Origin: Flavobacterium sp.
GTDB lineage: Bacteria; Bacteroidota; Bacteroidia; Flavobacteriales; Flavobacteriaceae
Length of the DNA: 64,000 nt
Direction of reading: 5' to 3'
Assembly: GCA_036796275.1 (NCBI GenBank)
Contig: DAIRDG010000009.1
Coordinates: 1,911-65,910 of the forward strand
Part shown: piece after piece, positions 1 to 10,457 of the stretch
How positions within the stretch are numbered: position 1 is the stretch's first letter
Layout of the letters: every line of letters begins with the position of its first letter
Translations under genes and position numbers: made by a program
Notes under the pieces: generated by a model
Seen by the model: only the letters and a program-made list of their open reading frames with translations
Databases searched by the model: none
Told to the model about the DNA's origin: nothing

Positions 1-582
1 CGCTAAATCTGTGTTGTTGTTAAACATTTCAATATTCACACAATTATTTACTGCACTAAAAGTGTAAATGACTTGTTGCCAACCATCTGCCGTTGGTGGT
101 GCTGTTTGTGAACCAAAAACTAACGATATGTTGGTGGCATTGCCAAATTGTACTCCTATATTAGCTAAAGTGCCATTGGGTGTGTTGAAGATTGAGCGAA
201 TCCAATAAGAAAAGGTGTACGTTAGCCCGGGCGTAAGACCACAAATTCCAGTGCCTCCAAAACCTGCTCTGTAGAATCTTTGTTGACCTCCAACCGTTGT
301 ACCATCTACCAGCATCATATTGCCAGAGCCTGTTGTGTAGTCTCCCGTGTTTATAAAATTGGTGGTGTTGAACGGAAACGGATTTACAGCCACTGCCCAA
401 TTACCAGATGTCGTATTGCCTGACGGAGTGATGATTAGATTATAGTTTGGTGGTAGGCCTCCTGCATAGCCAATGTTTGGGCCTTGTTCAAACCCCCCAT
501 TTATAATCAAATTTTGAGCGATCGTGAAATTTGAAAGTAGGGATAAGATACACAGCCAATAAAGGTTTTTAATAAATTGCAT
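1..582 (-). CDS. Secreted protein, N-terminal part (gene runs off the window start); signal peptide plus CBM4/9-like sugar-binding-type N-terminus
   Basis: Manual translation of the minus strand from ATG at 582..580 is open to base 1 (194 codons): MQFIKNLYWLCILSLLSNFTIAQNLIINGGFEQG... It has a hydrophobic signal peptide and then an NGGFE motif typical of CBM-like domains. It is absent from the ORF track because it is edge-truncated. The track ORF 161..400 is a different frame. Confidence 0.6.
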   Translation of the reverse strand, partial: MQFIKNLYWLCILSLLSNFTIAQNLIINGGFEQGPNIGYAGGLPPNYNLIITPSGNTTSGNWAVAVNPFPFNTTNFINTGDYTTGSGNMMLVDGTTVGGQQRFYRAGFGGTGICGLTPGLTYTFSYWIRSIFNTPNGTLANIGVQFGNATNISLVFGSQTAPPTADGWQQVIYTFSAVNNCVNIEMFNNNTDLA

Positions 583-671
583 GGTAAATTTTAAAATAAT
601 TGGCAATTTAATAAAATAATCCTTTCTATTAGCTTATTTTACAAGACTTATACAATTTTAACTATAAACTA

Positions 672-2930
672 CTACAAATTCTTGTTTTGAGTTTTATGAT
701 ATTGCTGAAATTCTTCAAATAATACTAAAAGATTAACAATGGCTTTAATTAAATCGTTGGTTTCTAACAAAATACCAAAATATAACTTGCTGTTTTTAGG
801 ACTTGTTTCTGTGGTTCTAATTCTTATGATTTGTTTTTGAAGCAATTCGTTTATTTGCTCTTTAATTAATTCTTTTTGATTTAGAATTTGCTCTAATTGT
901 GTGAAATTTTTCTCCTTAAAAAGGGTGTCTATTTTATCTAAAAACTCTGAGAGATTATTATCTATATTTTTAAGGTCTCTTATTTGATTAAACTTTAGCT
1001 GCTTATGATTGTTATTAGTATGGTCATAACTATTGTTTATGATAAAAGATAACGACTGCACCAAGTCTTGCAGATGACCTAAAATGATGATATAAAATTT
1101 ACTAGCCTCTACAGATGCATCGTCTAAATTTCTTACAAAATAGTAAATATTACTCTTTAATTCCTCTATTTCTTTTTCTAACTTTTTGAGATTTTTTTTA
1201 TTTTTATTAAGGTTCACTAAATTTTGAAGGCTCAAATTTTCAATGGTTTCTGAATATAAAACATTTGTTTTTTGAATAAACTTTTTAATTTGATCAGAAC
1301 TTTCAATGATAATTCCCTGAATGTTTACAATGTCTTCGTTTCTCAAACTTTGTAATATTTCTTTCTCTTGGTTTCTAATTTTTAACCTTCGTGCATTATT
1401 GTAAATTAAAATTAATAATAAAATTATCATTGCAATTAGGCCTATCAATCCATCTATTTTTAGGATAAAAGCGATAACAAAAGCGGCTAAAAACGCCACA
1501 ATTGCTGTAAAAAACCAACCGCCAATTACATAAAAAACGCCTGCAATTCTAAATACAGCACTTTCTCTGTCCCAGGCTCTATCTGCAAAAGAGGTTCCCA
1601 TGGCCACCATAAAAGTAACATAAGTGGTAGATAATGGTAACTTTAACGAGGTTCCTATAGAAATTAAAATACTTGCTATGATTAAGTTAATAGAAGCCCT
1701 GATCATATCAAAAGCTGGTTCTTCTTTGTCGTTTTTATCTGAGATATTCTTTTGAAATCTTAAGTCTATTTTTTGCTGTATAAGACTTGGAACAAAATAA
1801 CCAACACCTTTGCCAACGGCAACTCCAAACCTCACAACCCCACGTGATAAAAAATTGGCATCAAAGCGTTCTTCTCCCTCGCTTTGTCTTGATAAGTTTA
1901 CACCCGTTTCTACTACTGATTTTGCTTTTTTAGATGTCCATAAGGTTACTACCATCACTACACCAGCTAAAAACAAATATTGAAGTGGTGCAATGATATC
2001 AGTGCTATTAAGACTATCCATCATAAAATCTTGGCTATTGATGCCGGAAGATTTCCAAAAATCGTATGATTGTATGGCTGCCAAGGGCACTCCAATAAAA
2101 TTAACTAAATCATTTCCTGCAAAGGCCAAGGCTAATGCAAAAGTGCCCACAACGATAATTAGTTTTAAAATATTAATTTTAAAGAAACTGATTAAAACTT
2201 GAGATATGATAGTAAACAGTATCAAATTAAAAATAATCAAATAATTTTGATTACTCATGATCCAATCATATTGAACTTTGGATATAAATGAAACTCCCTT
2301 TAATCCTTTAATAAGAATAAAATATGAAATAGCCGTTAGTGCCAAACCACCAAAAACTCCTCCATAATAATTTAATTTCTCCTGAAAATTAAAGGTAAAC
2401 AACAACCGTGTAATATACTGAATGATACTACCTATTATGAACGATAAAAAAACTGACAGTAAAATACTAAAAACAATGCCTGAAGCTTTTTCTGTATTGA
2501 TAAAACTCATTACCGTGTTAAAATCACCATCCGATGCGTATATTTTAAAAATAGCTATACAAACAGAAGCCCCGAGTAACTCAAAAATGATGGAAACCGT
2601 AGTAGAGGTGGGTAAGCCAAATGAATTAAAAACATCTAATAATATTATGTCCGTCATCATTACAGCACAAAAAATGATCATCACATCATTAAAGCTAAAC
2701 ATCGAAGGATTAAAGATTCCACTTCGTGCAATTTCCATCATCCCAGAAGAGAACATGACTCCGCAAAGCACTCCCAAAGAAGCCACTATCATGATGGTTT
2801 TAAAAGGAACCGCTTTGGACCCAATGGCAGAATTCAAAAAGTTTACCGCATCATTGCTCACACCAACCACTAAGTCTAAAATAGCTAGTATCACTATCGC
2901 TACTATCATGACAATATAGAGCTGTTCCAT
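672..2930 (-). CDS. Inorganic phosphate transporter, PiT/PHO4 family, with a C-terminal cytoplasmic helical PhoU-like region
   Basis: 752 aa. The N-terminus GVSNDAVNFLNSAIGSKA is the PHO4 signature (GxNDxxN), followed by many TM helices. The last ~230 aa are hydrophilic, heptad-like and helical. Confidence 0.85.
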   Translation of the reverse strand: MEQLYIVMIVAIVILAILDLVVGVSNDAVNFLNSAIGSKAVPFKTIMIVASLGVLCGVMFSSGMMEIARSGIFNPSMFSFNDVMIIFCAVMMTDIILLDVFNSFGLPTSTTVSIIFELLGASVCIAIFKIYASDGDFNTVMSFINTEKASGIVFSILLSVFLSFIIGSIIQYITRLLFTFNFQEKLNYYGGVFGGLALTAISYFILIKGLKGVSFISKVQYDWIMSNQNYLIIFNLILFTIISQVLISFFKINILKLIIVVGTFALALAFAGNDLVNFIGVPLAAIQSYDFWKSSGINSQDFMMDSLNSTDIIAPLQYLFLAGVVMVVTLWTSKKAKSVVETGVNLSRQSEGEERFDANFLSRGVVRFGVAVGKGVGYFVPSLIQQKIDLRFQKNISDKNDKEEPAFDMIRASINLIIASILISIGTSLKLPLSTTYVTFMVAMGTSFADRAWDRESAVFRIAGVFYVIGGWFFTAIVAFLAAFVIAFILKIDGLIGLIAMIILLLILIYNNARRLKIRNQEKEILQSLRNEDIVNIQGIIIESSDQIKKFIQKTNVLYSETIENLSLQNLVNLNKNKKNLKKLEKEIEELKSNIYYFVRNLDDASVEASKFYIIILGHLQDLVQSLSFIINNSYDHTNNNHKQLKFNQIRDLKNIDNNLSEFLDKIDTLFKEKNFTQLEQILNQKELIKEQINELLQKQIIRIRTTETSPKNSKLYFGILLETNDLIKAIVNLLVLFEEFQQYHKTQNKNL

Positions 2931-3194
2931 GTTCTAATTTTTTTGCAAATTTGATATTAATCCTATGAATGTATGTTAAATTAATGTTATCAAATATACT
3001 TTAGGTCATTGCATGTTTAAAGAAAATTGATTGAAATTTAAAAATTATATCCTTCGATTGAAATTTCCGCTTTTTTATTGAAAATTCTGGTATAAAATTA
3101 AATTCTTTAAAGGTGTTTTTATAATTTTTATTTATTTAGAGTTAACTTAACACCCGTTATTAAGTATTGTATTTAAATTTGAAGAAAAATTATC

Positions 3195-4361
3195 ATGAAA
3201 AATTTCGATTTATATAATCCCGTAAAATACATTTTTGGCGAAGGCGAAATTTCAAAATTATCTGCTGAAATTGACAAAAATCAAAAAATATTGATGGTTT
3301 ATGGTGGTGGCAGTATTTTTAAAAACGGTGTGTATGATCAAATTTCTGAAGCCCTTACTGGTTTTGACTATATTGAGTTTGGGGGTGTAGAACCCAATCC
3401 GCGAATGGAAACCCTGCTTGGTGCAGTTGAAATCATCAAACAGCAAAACGTCAATTTTATTTTGGCTGTAGGCGGTGGCAGTGTGATAGATGGCGTAAAG
3501 TTTATCTCGGCAGCGGTAAAATATCAGGGCAATCCGGAAGACATTCTCAGAAAAAACATTTTATTTAAAAATCCCGAAGAGGTAATCCCTTTTGGCACAG
3601 TACTCACTCTGCCAGCTACGGGTAGCGAAATGAACTCCGGATCAGTGATTACTATTCAAAAAACTAATGAAAAACTTGTGTTGGGAGGCAAAGCTTTGTT
3701 TCCAAAATTTTCTATAGTTGACCCCACTGTTATTCAGTCTTTACCCAAAAGACAATTACAAAATGGCGTGGTAGATGCCTTTACGCATGTCATGGAACAA
3801 TATCTCACCTACAAACACAATGCAATCTTGCAAGATAAAATTGCCGAAAGCATCCTAAAAACACTTATAGAAATTGGCCCTAAAGTGGTAGAAAATCCTT
3901 CAGATTACAAATTGGCTTCTAATTTTGTGTGGTCATGCACCATGGCTCTTAATGGGCTTATTCAAAAAGGAGTGCCAACAGATTGGGCTACCCACATGAT
4001 TGGCCATGAACTCACAGCACTGTATGAAATAGACCATGCCAGAACCTTGGCCATCATTGCTCCTAATTTGTATGAAGTAATGTTTGAACAAAAAAAAGAC
4101 AAACTTGCCCAATATGGTGTTGAAGTCTGGAAACTAGAGGGCAGCTCTGAAAACATTGCAAAAATGGCCATCGAAAAAACCAAAGAGTTTTTAATTCAAA
4201 TGGGTATGAAACTAAAAATTTCTGAAAACACTTCCCAAGACATCAGCAATACCAAACAAATTATTGGCCAAAGATTTGAACAAAGAGGCTGGAAAGCCCT
4301 CGGAGAAAAACAACAAGTTACCCTAGAAAAAGTAGAAAAAATTGTTGAAATGAGTTATTAA
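3195..4361 (+). CDS. Iron-containing (group III) alcohol dehydrogenase, YqhD/butanol dehydrogenase-like
   Basis: 388 aa. Contains GGGSVIDGVKFI and a GxxHxxxH-type metal region (WATHMIGHELT), typical of the Fe-ADH family. Confidence 0.85.
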   Translation: MKNFDLYNPVKYIFGEGEISKLSAEIDKNQKILMVYGGGSIFKNGVYDQISEALTGFDYIEFGGVEPNPRMETLLGAVEIIKQQNVNFILAVGGGSVIDGVKFISAAVKYQGNPEDILRKNILFKNPEEVIPFGTVLTLPATGSEMNSGSVITIQKTNEKLVLGGKALFPKFSIVDPTVIQSLPKRQLQNGVVDAFTHVMEQYLTYKHNAILQDKIAESILKTLIEIGPKVVENPSDYKLASNFVWSCTMALNGLIQKGVPTDWATHMIGHELTALYEIDHARTLAIIAPNLYEVMFEQKKDKLAQYGVEVWKLEGSSENIAKMAIEKTKEFLIQMGMKLKISENTSQDISNTKQIIGQRFEQRGWKALGEKQQVTLEKVEKIVEMSY

Positions 4362-4616
4362 CCCACTCATTATTTTGACAATAATCAAGCGAAATTTAAA
4401 CCTTTTAACATTTGTTGAATTAAAATCATTCTCTTTGATTTTGTCAAGTTATCATATTTATGATTCTTACTGATGTTGTTTTTGTGTTATTGTTGTTTTT
4501 TTAACAGCTAAATCCATAAATCACTAAATCAAATGGGTTATTAGCCTCAATGTTTTCAAAATATTTGTAATTTCATTTACTTTGTAGGTAACATTATAAT
4601 TTGTTATTTCCACTAA

Positions 4617-7600
4617 ATGAAAGATTTAATTCATGCCTTTAAAGACAGTTGTGGTTGTGGTATCATTGCCAACATTAACAACAAACCCGAAAGAAAAATT
4701 GCCGAAGATGCCCTGCATGCCTTAGGGAGAATGATTCATCGAGGGGCTGTGGCTGCTGATGGCAAAAGTGGTGACGGTTGCGGTGTTTTAATGGCCATGC
4801 CAGATGAATTTATGCGAGAGTCTGCCTTGCAAAATGGCCTTGAACTACCAAAAAAATATGCTGTGGGTGTTGTTTTTTTTACAGATGAATCTCAAAAAAA
4901 AACCTTCGAAAACATCTTACAACTAAATGATTTAAAACTTCTTTTTTACAGACCCGTACCGGTAGATGTAACGGTGTTGGGCAGTTTGGCTCAAAAAACC
5001 TTGCCCAACATTACCCATGCTTTCGTGATCCCAAATGCCCCGGTGGCCGATCAACGCTTTGAAGAAATTTTATACCTCAGCCGCAAAACCATAGAGCACC
5101 AATTGTCTAGTCATTCAGATTTTTATATCGCCTCCTTATCTTCAAAACTAATCAGCTACAAAGGCTTGGTGAAACCTGATAATCTAGGGGCTTTTTATTT
5201 AGATTTAAAACAGCCTAACTTTAAAACGGCTTATGCCATGTTTCACCAAAGGTTTTCTACAAACACCTTGCCTAAGTGGTCTTTGGCTCAACCCCTCAGA
5301 AATATTGCCCATAATGGTGAAATAAACTCCATTTCTGGCAACCGGTATTCTGTTGAAGCTAATACAGAAAACAACAAAAGTTTGGTGTATTCCGACAAAG
5401 AGCTAGAAAAAATATTACCCGTATTAAGCAAAAATGTAAGTGATAGTGGCAGTATTGATAATATGTTTGAATTCCTCATTGCCAATGGGGTCAACTTTTT
5501 TAAGGCCATGAGCTGCATGTTTCCGCCGGCTTGGCAAAACCTACCCAAACAAGACTACAAAATTAGGGCTTTTTACGAGTACCTAACAGCCAATTTTGAA
5601 GCTTGGGATGGACCCGCAGCCGTTAATTTTACCGACGGAAGATACTTGGCCACAGCCATAGACAGAAACGGACTAAGACCAGCCAAATATATTATTACGC
5701 ATGACAATAAGTTTTTAATTGCCAGCGAATTAGGGGTTATAGACATTGAAGAAGAAAATATCAAAGAGCAGGGTAAACTTAATGGTGGCGAAATTATTGC
5801 CATAGACACCCTGCATGGCAAAGTGCTAAAAAATGATGAAATTAGAAAATACCTCAAAAACTCTCAACCCTACACCGATTGGCTGCATCGCTATCAAAAC
5901 TTTGTAATAGAGCAAATAGAAGAAAACTTTTTAGACCACTCTGATTATGTGTTCAACGAAGTGACTATTTATCAACGCTATTTTAACTACACTCACGAAA
6001 CCCTAGAATCTATCATAGCCCCAATGGCCTCCGAAGGCAAAGAAGAAATTGGTTCTATGGGAGATGATACCCCCATGGCTTGCTTTAGCGAAGTGCAGAG
6101 AAATTTCACCGATTTCTTTCGTCAAAAATTTGCTCAAGTCACCAACCCACCAATAGATCCGCTCAGAGAAAAACTTATCATGTCGTTAAGTGTTACCCTA
6201 GGGCCGCGAGGAGATATCTTGAGAGAAATTCCTGAAAATGCCATCGGACTTCGGTTAAACAGTCCCGTTATATCTAAAGAAAAACTCAATGCCATTACTT
6301 CCTTTGGCAATTCAAACAACCCACTATACAACCCGCGGTTTAGGTCGCAAGTTTTTTATACCTCCTTTGTTGTTAACTTGCAAAAATCGCTTCAAGACTT
6401 GGCTCAAAAAATTGAAGAAGCCATCATTTTTGAAGGGGTTAGCATTATTGTTTTAGACGATAGGGCCTTAGATGCTTCCCAAAAAATTATACCAATGCCC
6501 ATGGTTATTGGATATTTGAACAAACATTTGGTTGCTAAAAAAATTAGAAGTAAAGCCTCCATCATAGCTATTTCTGGCGAAATTCATGATGCCCACTCTT
6601 GTGCCGTGATGATTGGCTTTGGAGCCACTGCGGTTTATCCGTATTTATTGTATGCCTCTACGCTTCAAATTGCCGAGAGAAATGCCAAAAAAATAGATAA
6701 GTCACTCAAAAAAGTTCAAAAAGAATCACTCAAAAACATCAACAAAGCCCTGAATGCTGGTTTACTCAAAATCATGTCGAAAATGGGTATTTGTGCCATT
6801 GATAGCTACCAAAACAGTGCCTTGTTTGACATCATTGGTTTGGGCAAAGACATCACCCATGATTGTTTTTATTATGCAGAATCTTTTTTGCATGGCCTTT
6901 CTTATCAAGACATCGAAGAGCGTTTGTGCCACTATCATCAAAAAGCATTTGAAATTAACGCCATCAAAAATCAATACGAATTAGAGGTTGGCAGCTATTA
7001 TAAATTTAAAGCCAAAGGCGAATACCATGATTATGCCCCTGCAGTATCTATAGGCATCAGAAAATTTGCAAGTACGCTTCAAAAAGAAGATTACTTGATG
7101 GTTCAAAACCAAATTAACCACCGAGGTTTGCGGATGATCCGCGACTTTTTTGAACTCAACACGCCTCAATCTCCTGTTTCATTAGATCAAGTGGAGCCCA
7201 TAGAACATATTACTTGCCGTTTTAATTCTGCTGCCATGAGCTTGGGTTCAATTTCTCCGGAAGCCCACGAGGCAATGGCAGAAGCCATGAATATTTTGGG
7301 GGCTATGAGTAATTCTGGCGAAGGTGGTGAAGATAAAAACCGCTACTTTTCTTCAAAAAACAGCAAAATAAAACAAGTGGCCTCTGGCAGATTTGGCGTT
7401 ACGCCTGCCTATTTAAGAAGTGCCGAAGAAATTCAAATCAAATTGGCCCAAGGAGCCAAACCAGGTGAAGGTGGCCAATTGCCAGGAGCCAAAGTAACTC
7501 AACTCATTGCAAGTTTAAGGTATACCATACCTGGGGTAACGCTTATTTCACCGCCACCTCATCATGATATTTATTCTATTGAAGATTTGGCACAATTAAT

Positions 7601-9056
7601 TTTCGACCTCAAACAAGTTAACCCCAAAGCCCGTGTGAGTGTAAAGCTGGTATCCTCCTCTGGGGTAGGCACCATTGCCGTTGGGGTGGCCAAAGCCTAT
7701 GCCGACAAAATTATTATTTCAGGCTGTGATGGTGGCACCGGAGCAGCCCAGTTAGCGTCTATTAAATATGCCGGAAACCCCTGGGAATTAGGCTTGGTAG
7801 AAGCCCATAATGCCCTGAAGGTAAATGATTTGAGGCAATCCGTTGAGCTTCAAACAGACGGGGGTCTCAAAACCGGGTTAGATGTGGTAAAAGCTGCCAT
7901 TTTAGGAGCCGAAAGTTATGGGTTTGGCACAATTTTACTGAACACCGTGGGTTGCAAAATATTACGCGTTTGTCATTTAAACAAATGTAGTGTAGGCATT
8001 GCCACCCAAGATGATAAACTCCGTGAACACTATACCGGAACCGTTGAGGGCATTGTGGCATATTTAAAAAATGTAGCCGAAGAAGTACGAGAAATTTTAG
8101 CAAATTTAGGCTACACATCCCTCAAAGAAATTATTGGCAAAACAGAATTGCTTAAAATTATAGACCATCCGTTTGCACAAAAATTTGACTTTAACAGCAT
8201 TTTGTTCAATTTAGCAGGAGCCAACACCCAACAAACTCCTATTAATGTCCCTTTTGATCACAACACCTTCGAAAAAGCCATGTTGGAAGAAGTAAAACCA
8301 ACCATTCAAAACCCCCAGCAAGCCTTTACATTAGAAAAAACAATTAATAACACCAACCGAAGTTTTGGGGCTTACACCAGCGGCTATATTGCTGAAATTT
8401 ATGGTGATAATGGTTTACCTAAAGACACGCTTGTTTATAAGCTTACCGGAAATGCTGGACAGTCGTTTGGGGCGTTTTTGTCTCCAGGCATGTCTTTATT
8501 CCTTACGGGTAGTGCCAATGATTATGTAGGCAAAGGTATGCGAGGAGGCCGCATTGTTGTTAAGCCAAAAGATGTACAAAACAAATTTGGCATTGCTGGT
8601 AACACCTGTTTGTATGGGGCCACCGGAGGAAAACTCTTTGTGGCTGGGGTAGCAGGCGAACGCTTTGCCGTAAGAAACTCTGGAGCTTTGGCGGTGGTAG
8701 AAGGCACCGGAGATCATGCTTGCGAATACATGACTGGTGGCACAGTGGTAATTTTAGGAAATACTGGGTATAACTTTGGAGCAGGTATGACCGGTGGAGC
8801 CGCTTTTGTGTATGATAAAGATTTAAGTTTTTTTGACAAAGTAAATATGGAATTAGTAAAACTTGAACGCATAGACACCGAAGAAACTGAGGAAGCCCGT
8901 CATTATTTGAAACAAATTCTCAGAAGTTTTGTTTACAGAACCCAAAGCATCAGAGCCCAACATTTGTTAGAAAACTTTTTAGATGAACTCCGATTTTTTT
9001 GGCTAGTGACCCCCAAAGATATGAAAGCCCCCCTTAATCCGTTTGAAGGCAATTAA
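4617..9056 (+). CDS. gltB: Glutamate synthase large subunit
   Basis: 1479 aa. Ntn amidotransferase start (CGCGIIAN), an FMN/central domain (GEGGEDKNR, PPPHHDIYSIEDLAQLI) and a C-terminal GXGXG beta-helix domain. It is immediately followed by gltD. Confidence 0.95.
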   Translation: MKDLIHAFKDSCGCGIIANINNKPERKIAEDALHALGRMIHRGAVAADGKSGDGCGVLMAMPDEFMRESALQNGLELPKKYAVGVVFFTDESQKKTFENILQLNDLKLLFYRPVPVDVTVLGSLAQKTLPNITHAFVIPNAPVADQRFEEILYLSRKTIEHQLSSHSDFYIASLSSKLISYKGLVKPDNLGAFYLDLKQPNFKTAYAMFHQRFSTNTLPKWSLAQPLRNIAHNGEINSISGNRYSVEANTENNKSLVYSDKELEKILPVLSKNVSDSGSIDNMFEFLIANGVNFFKAMSCMFPPAWQNLPKQDYKIRAFYEYLTANFEAWDGPAAVNFTDGRYLATAIDRNGLRPAKYIITHDNKFLIASELGVIDIEEENIKEQGKLNGGEIIAIDTLHGKVLKNDEIRKYLKNSQPYTDWLHRYQNFVIEQIEENFLDHSDYVFNEVTIYQRYFNYTHETLESIIAPMASEGKEEIGSMGDDTPMACFSEVQRNFTDFFRQKFAQVTNPPIDPLREKLIMSLSVTLGPRGDILREIPENAIGLRLNSPVISKEKLNAITSFGNSNNPLYNPRFRSQVFYTSFVVNLQKSLQDLAQKIEEAIIFEGVSIIVLDDRALDASQKIIPMPMVIGYLNKHLVAKKIRSKASIIAISGEIHDAHSCAVMIGFGATAVYPYLLYASTLQIAERNAKKIDKSLKKVQKESLKNINKALNAGLLKIMSKMGICAIDSYQNSALFDIIGLGKDITHDCFYYAESFLHGLSYQDIEERLCHYHQKAFEINAIKNQYELEVGSYYKFKAKGEYHDYAPAVSIGIRKFASTLQKEDYLMVQNQINHRGLRMIRDFFELNTPQSPVSLDQVEPIEHITCRFNSAAMSLGSISPEAHEAMAEAMNILGAMSNSGEGGEDKNRYFSSKNSKIKQVASGRFGVTPAYLRSAEEIQIKLAQGAKPGEGGQLPGAKVTQLIASLRYTIPGVTLISPPPHHDIYSIEDLAQLIFDLKQVNPKARVSVKLVSSSGVGTIAVGVAKAYADKIIISGCDGGTGAAQLASIKYAGNPWELGLVEAHNALKVNDLRQSVELQTDGGLKTGLDVVKAAILGAESYGFGTILLNTVGCKILRVCHLNKCSVGIATQDDKLREHYTGTVEGIVAYLKNVAEEVREILANLGYTSLKEIIGKTELLKIIDHPFAQKFDFNSILFNLAGANTQQTPINVPFDHNTFEKAMLEEVKPTIQNPQQAFTLEKTINNTNRSFGAYTSGYIAEIYGDNGLPKDTLVYKLTGNAGQSFGAFLSPGMSLFLTGSANDYVGKGMRGGRIVVKPKDVQNKFGIAGNTCLYGATGGKLFVAGVAGERFAVRNSGALAVVEGTGDHACEYMTGGTVVILGNTGYNFGAGMTGGAAFVYDKDLSFFDKVNMELVKLERIDTEETEEARHYLKQILRSFVYRTQSIRAQHLLENFLDELRFFWLVTPKDMKAPLNPFEGN

Positions 9057-9070
9057 AAACAACCCCTGCT

Positions 9071-10456
9071 ATGTACGAATACACCAAAATAGAAAGAATA
9101 GATCCGCAAACCAAATATGCTAAAGATCGCATTCAGCACTACGAAGAAATTTATGAATCTTTTACGGCTAATACTGCCAAAGGACAAGCCAGCAGATGCA
9201 TTCAATGTGGCATTCCTTATTGCTCTTCGGTTGGATGCCCGTTGCATAACAACATCCCGCAATGGCTAAAATTTGTAGCAGAAGATGATTTGGAGTTGGC
9301 TTTTGATATTTCTAACGAAACATCGCCGTTTCCGGAAATTTTAGGCAAAATTTGTCCTCACAATCGCTTGTGCGAAGCTGCATGCACCCTCAATGACGGA
9401 CATGGAGCGGTAACCATTGGGTCTGTAGAAGTATACATTAACGAAAAAGCCTTTGAAGAAGGGTATACCCCCAAGTTTAACCCAAATTTATCCGACAAAA
9501 AAGTGGCTATTATTGGCTCTGGCCCAGCGGGTATATCGTGTGCAAACTTTTTGCTAAGAGCGGGTATTAAACCCGTTATTTTTGAAAAAGACGACGAACC
9601 CGGTGGTTTATTGCTCTATGGCATCCCCAGTTTTAAGTTAGAGAAAAAAGATGTGTTTAGAAGAGTAAAACTACTAATGGAAGCTGGCCTAGAACTAAAA
9701 CTAAACACCGAAATTGGCAAAGACATCAGCTTTGAAGAACTTAGAAAAAACTACGATGCCGTTTTTATGGCTTTTGGGGCTACCGAAGGTCGGGTGTTGA
9801 GCCACGAGGGGTACAACAGTGATAGGATTTATATGGCAGTGCCATTTTTAACCAATATTCAAAAGAAATTATTAGGCAAACCCGCCGACCCAAAATACCA
9901 CGTGAAGGGCAAAGAAGTTTTGGTAATTGGTGGTGGAGACACCGCCATGGATTGTGTAAGAACCTGCATAAGAGCTGGTGCCAGCAAAGTAAAATGCATC
10001 TATAGACGAGATGAAGACAACATGCCTGGCAGCACCAAAGAAGTAAAAGCGGCCAAAGAAGAAGGGGTAAAATTTATATTTAATACCGCACCCAAAAACT
10101 TTATTGCAAATGAAAATGGTGAAATTATTGGGATGAAATTTGTGCAAACTAAATTACAACAAGAACAAGGTTCAAACAGAGGAAAAATTGTTGAAGTAGA
10201 CGGCTCTGAACACAATCTTACTGCAGATGTAATTATTTTGGCCTTGGGGTTTAATCATCAGCAGATAAGTTTCTTAAACAACAGTGGCATACAAACCAAT
10301 GAATTTGGAGCCGTGGTGGTTGACAGTGATATGCAAACTTCGCTACAAGGTGTTTTTGCTGGAGGTGATGCCACCCGAGGGGCCGATTTGGCTGTAAATG
10401 CAGCCCTAGATGGCCGAGAAGCTGCTAATTTTATCTACAAATTTGTGATGGGCTAG
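9071..10456 (+). CDS. gltD: Glutamate synthase small subunit (NADPH)
   Basis: 461 aa. Cys clusters (CIQCGIPYC, CPHNRLCEAAC), an FAD/NAD Rossmann motif (VAIIGSGPAG) and a second GGGDTAMD motif. It lies 14 nt downstream of gltB. Confidence 0.93.
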   Translation: MYEYTKIERIDPQTKYAKDRIQHYEEIYESFTANTAKGQASRCIQCGIPYCSSVGCPLHNNIPQWLKFVAEDDLELAFDISNETSPFPEILGKICPHNRLCEAACTLNDGHGAVTIGSVEVYINEKAFEEGYTPKFNPNLSDKKVAIIGSGPAGISCANFLLRAGIKPVIFEKDDEPGGLLLYGIPSFKLEKKDVFRRVKLLMEAGLELKLNTEIGKDISFEELRKNYDAVFMAFGATEGRVLSHEGYNSDRIYMAVPFLTNIQKKLLGKPADPKYHVKGKEVLVIGGGDTAMDCVRTCIRAGASKVKCIYRRDEDNMPGSTKEVKAAKEEGVKFIFNTAPKNFIANENGEIIGMKFVQTKLQQEQGSNRGKIVEVDGSEHNLTADVIILALGFNHQQISFLNNSGIQTNEFGAVVVDSDMQTSLQGVFAGGDATRGADLAVNAALDGREAANFIYKFVMG

Positions 10457-10457
10457 T

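Noticed and set aside
161-400. Track ORF of 79 aa on the minus strand
   Set aside because: It is out of frame with the longer uninterrupted minus-strand frame (1..582), which has a proper signal peptide and a CBM-like motif. Its composition (W/R/H-rich) looks like a shadow frame.
1993-2919. Plus-strand ORFs (69 and 165 aa) inside the PiT transporter gene, and many similar antisense or alternate-frame ORFs in the track (e.g. 5288..5857, 14978..15388, 19510..20973, 27375..28068, 29019..29501, 49563..50186, 61085..61424)
   Set aside because: They lie entirely within long genes that have strong family motifs on the other strand or frame. Their translations are low-complexity and have no recognisable motifs. 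These are typical shadow ORFs.
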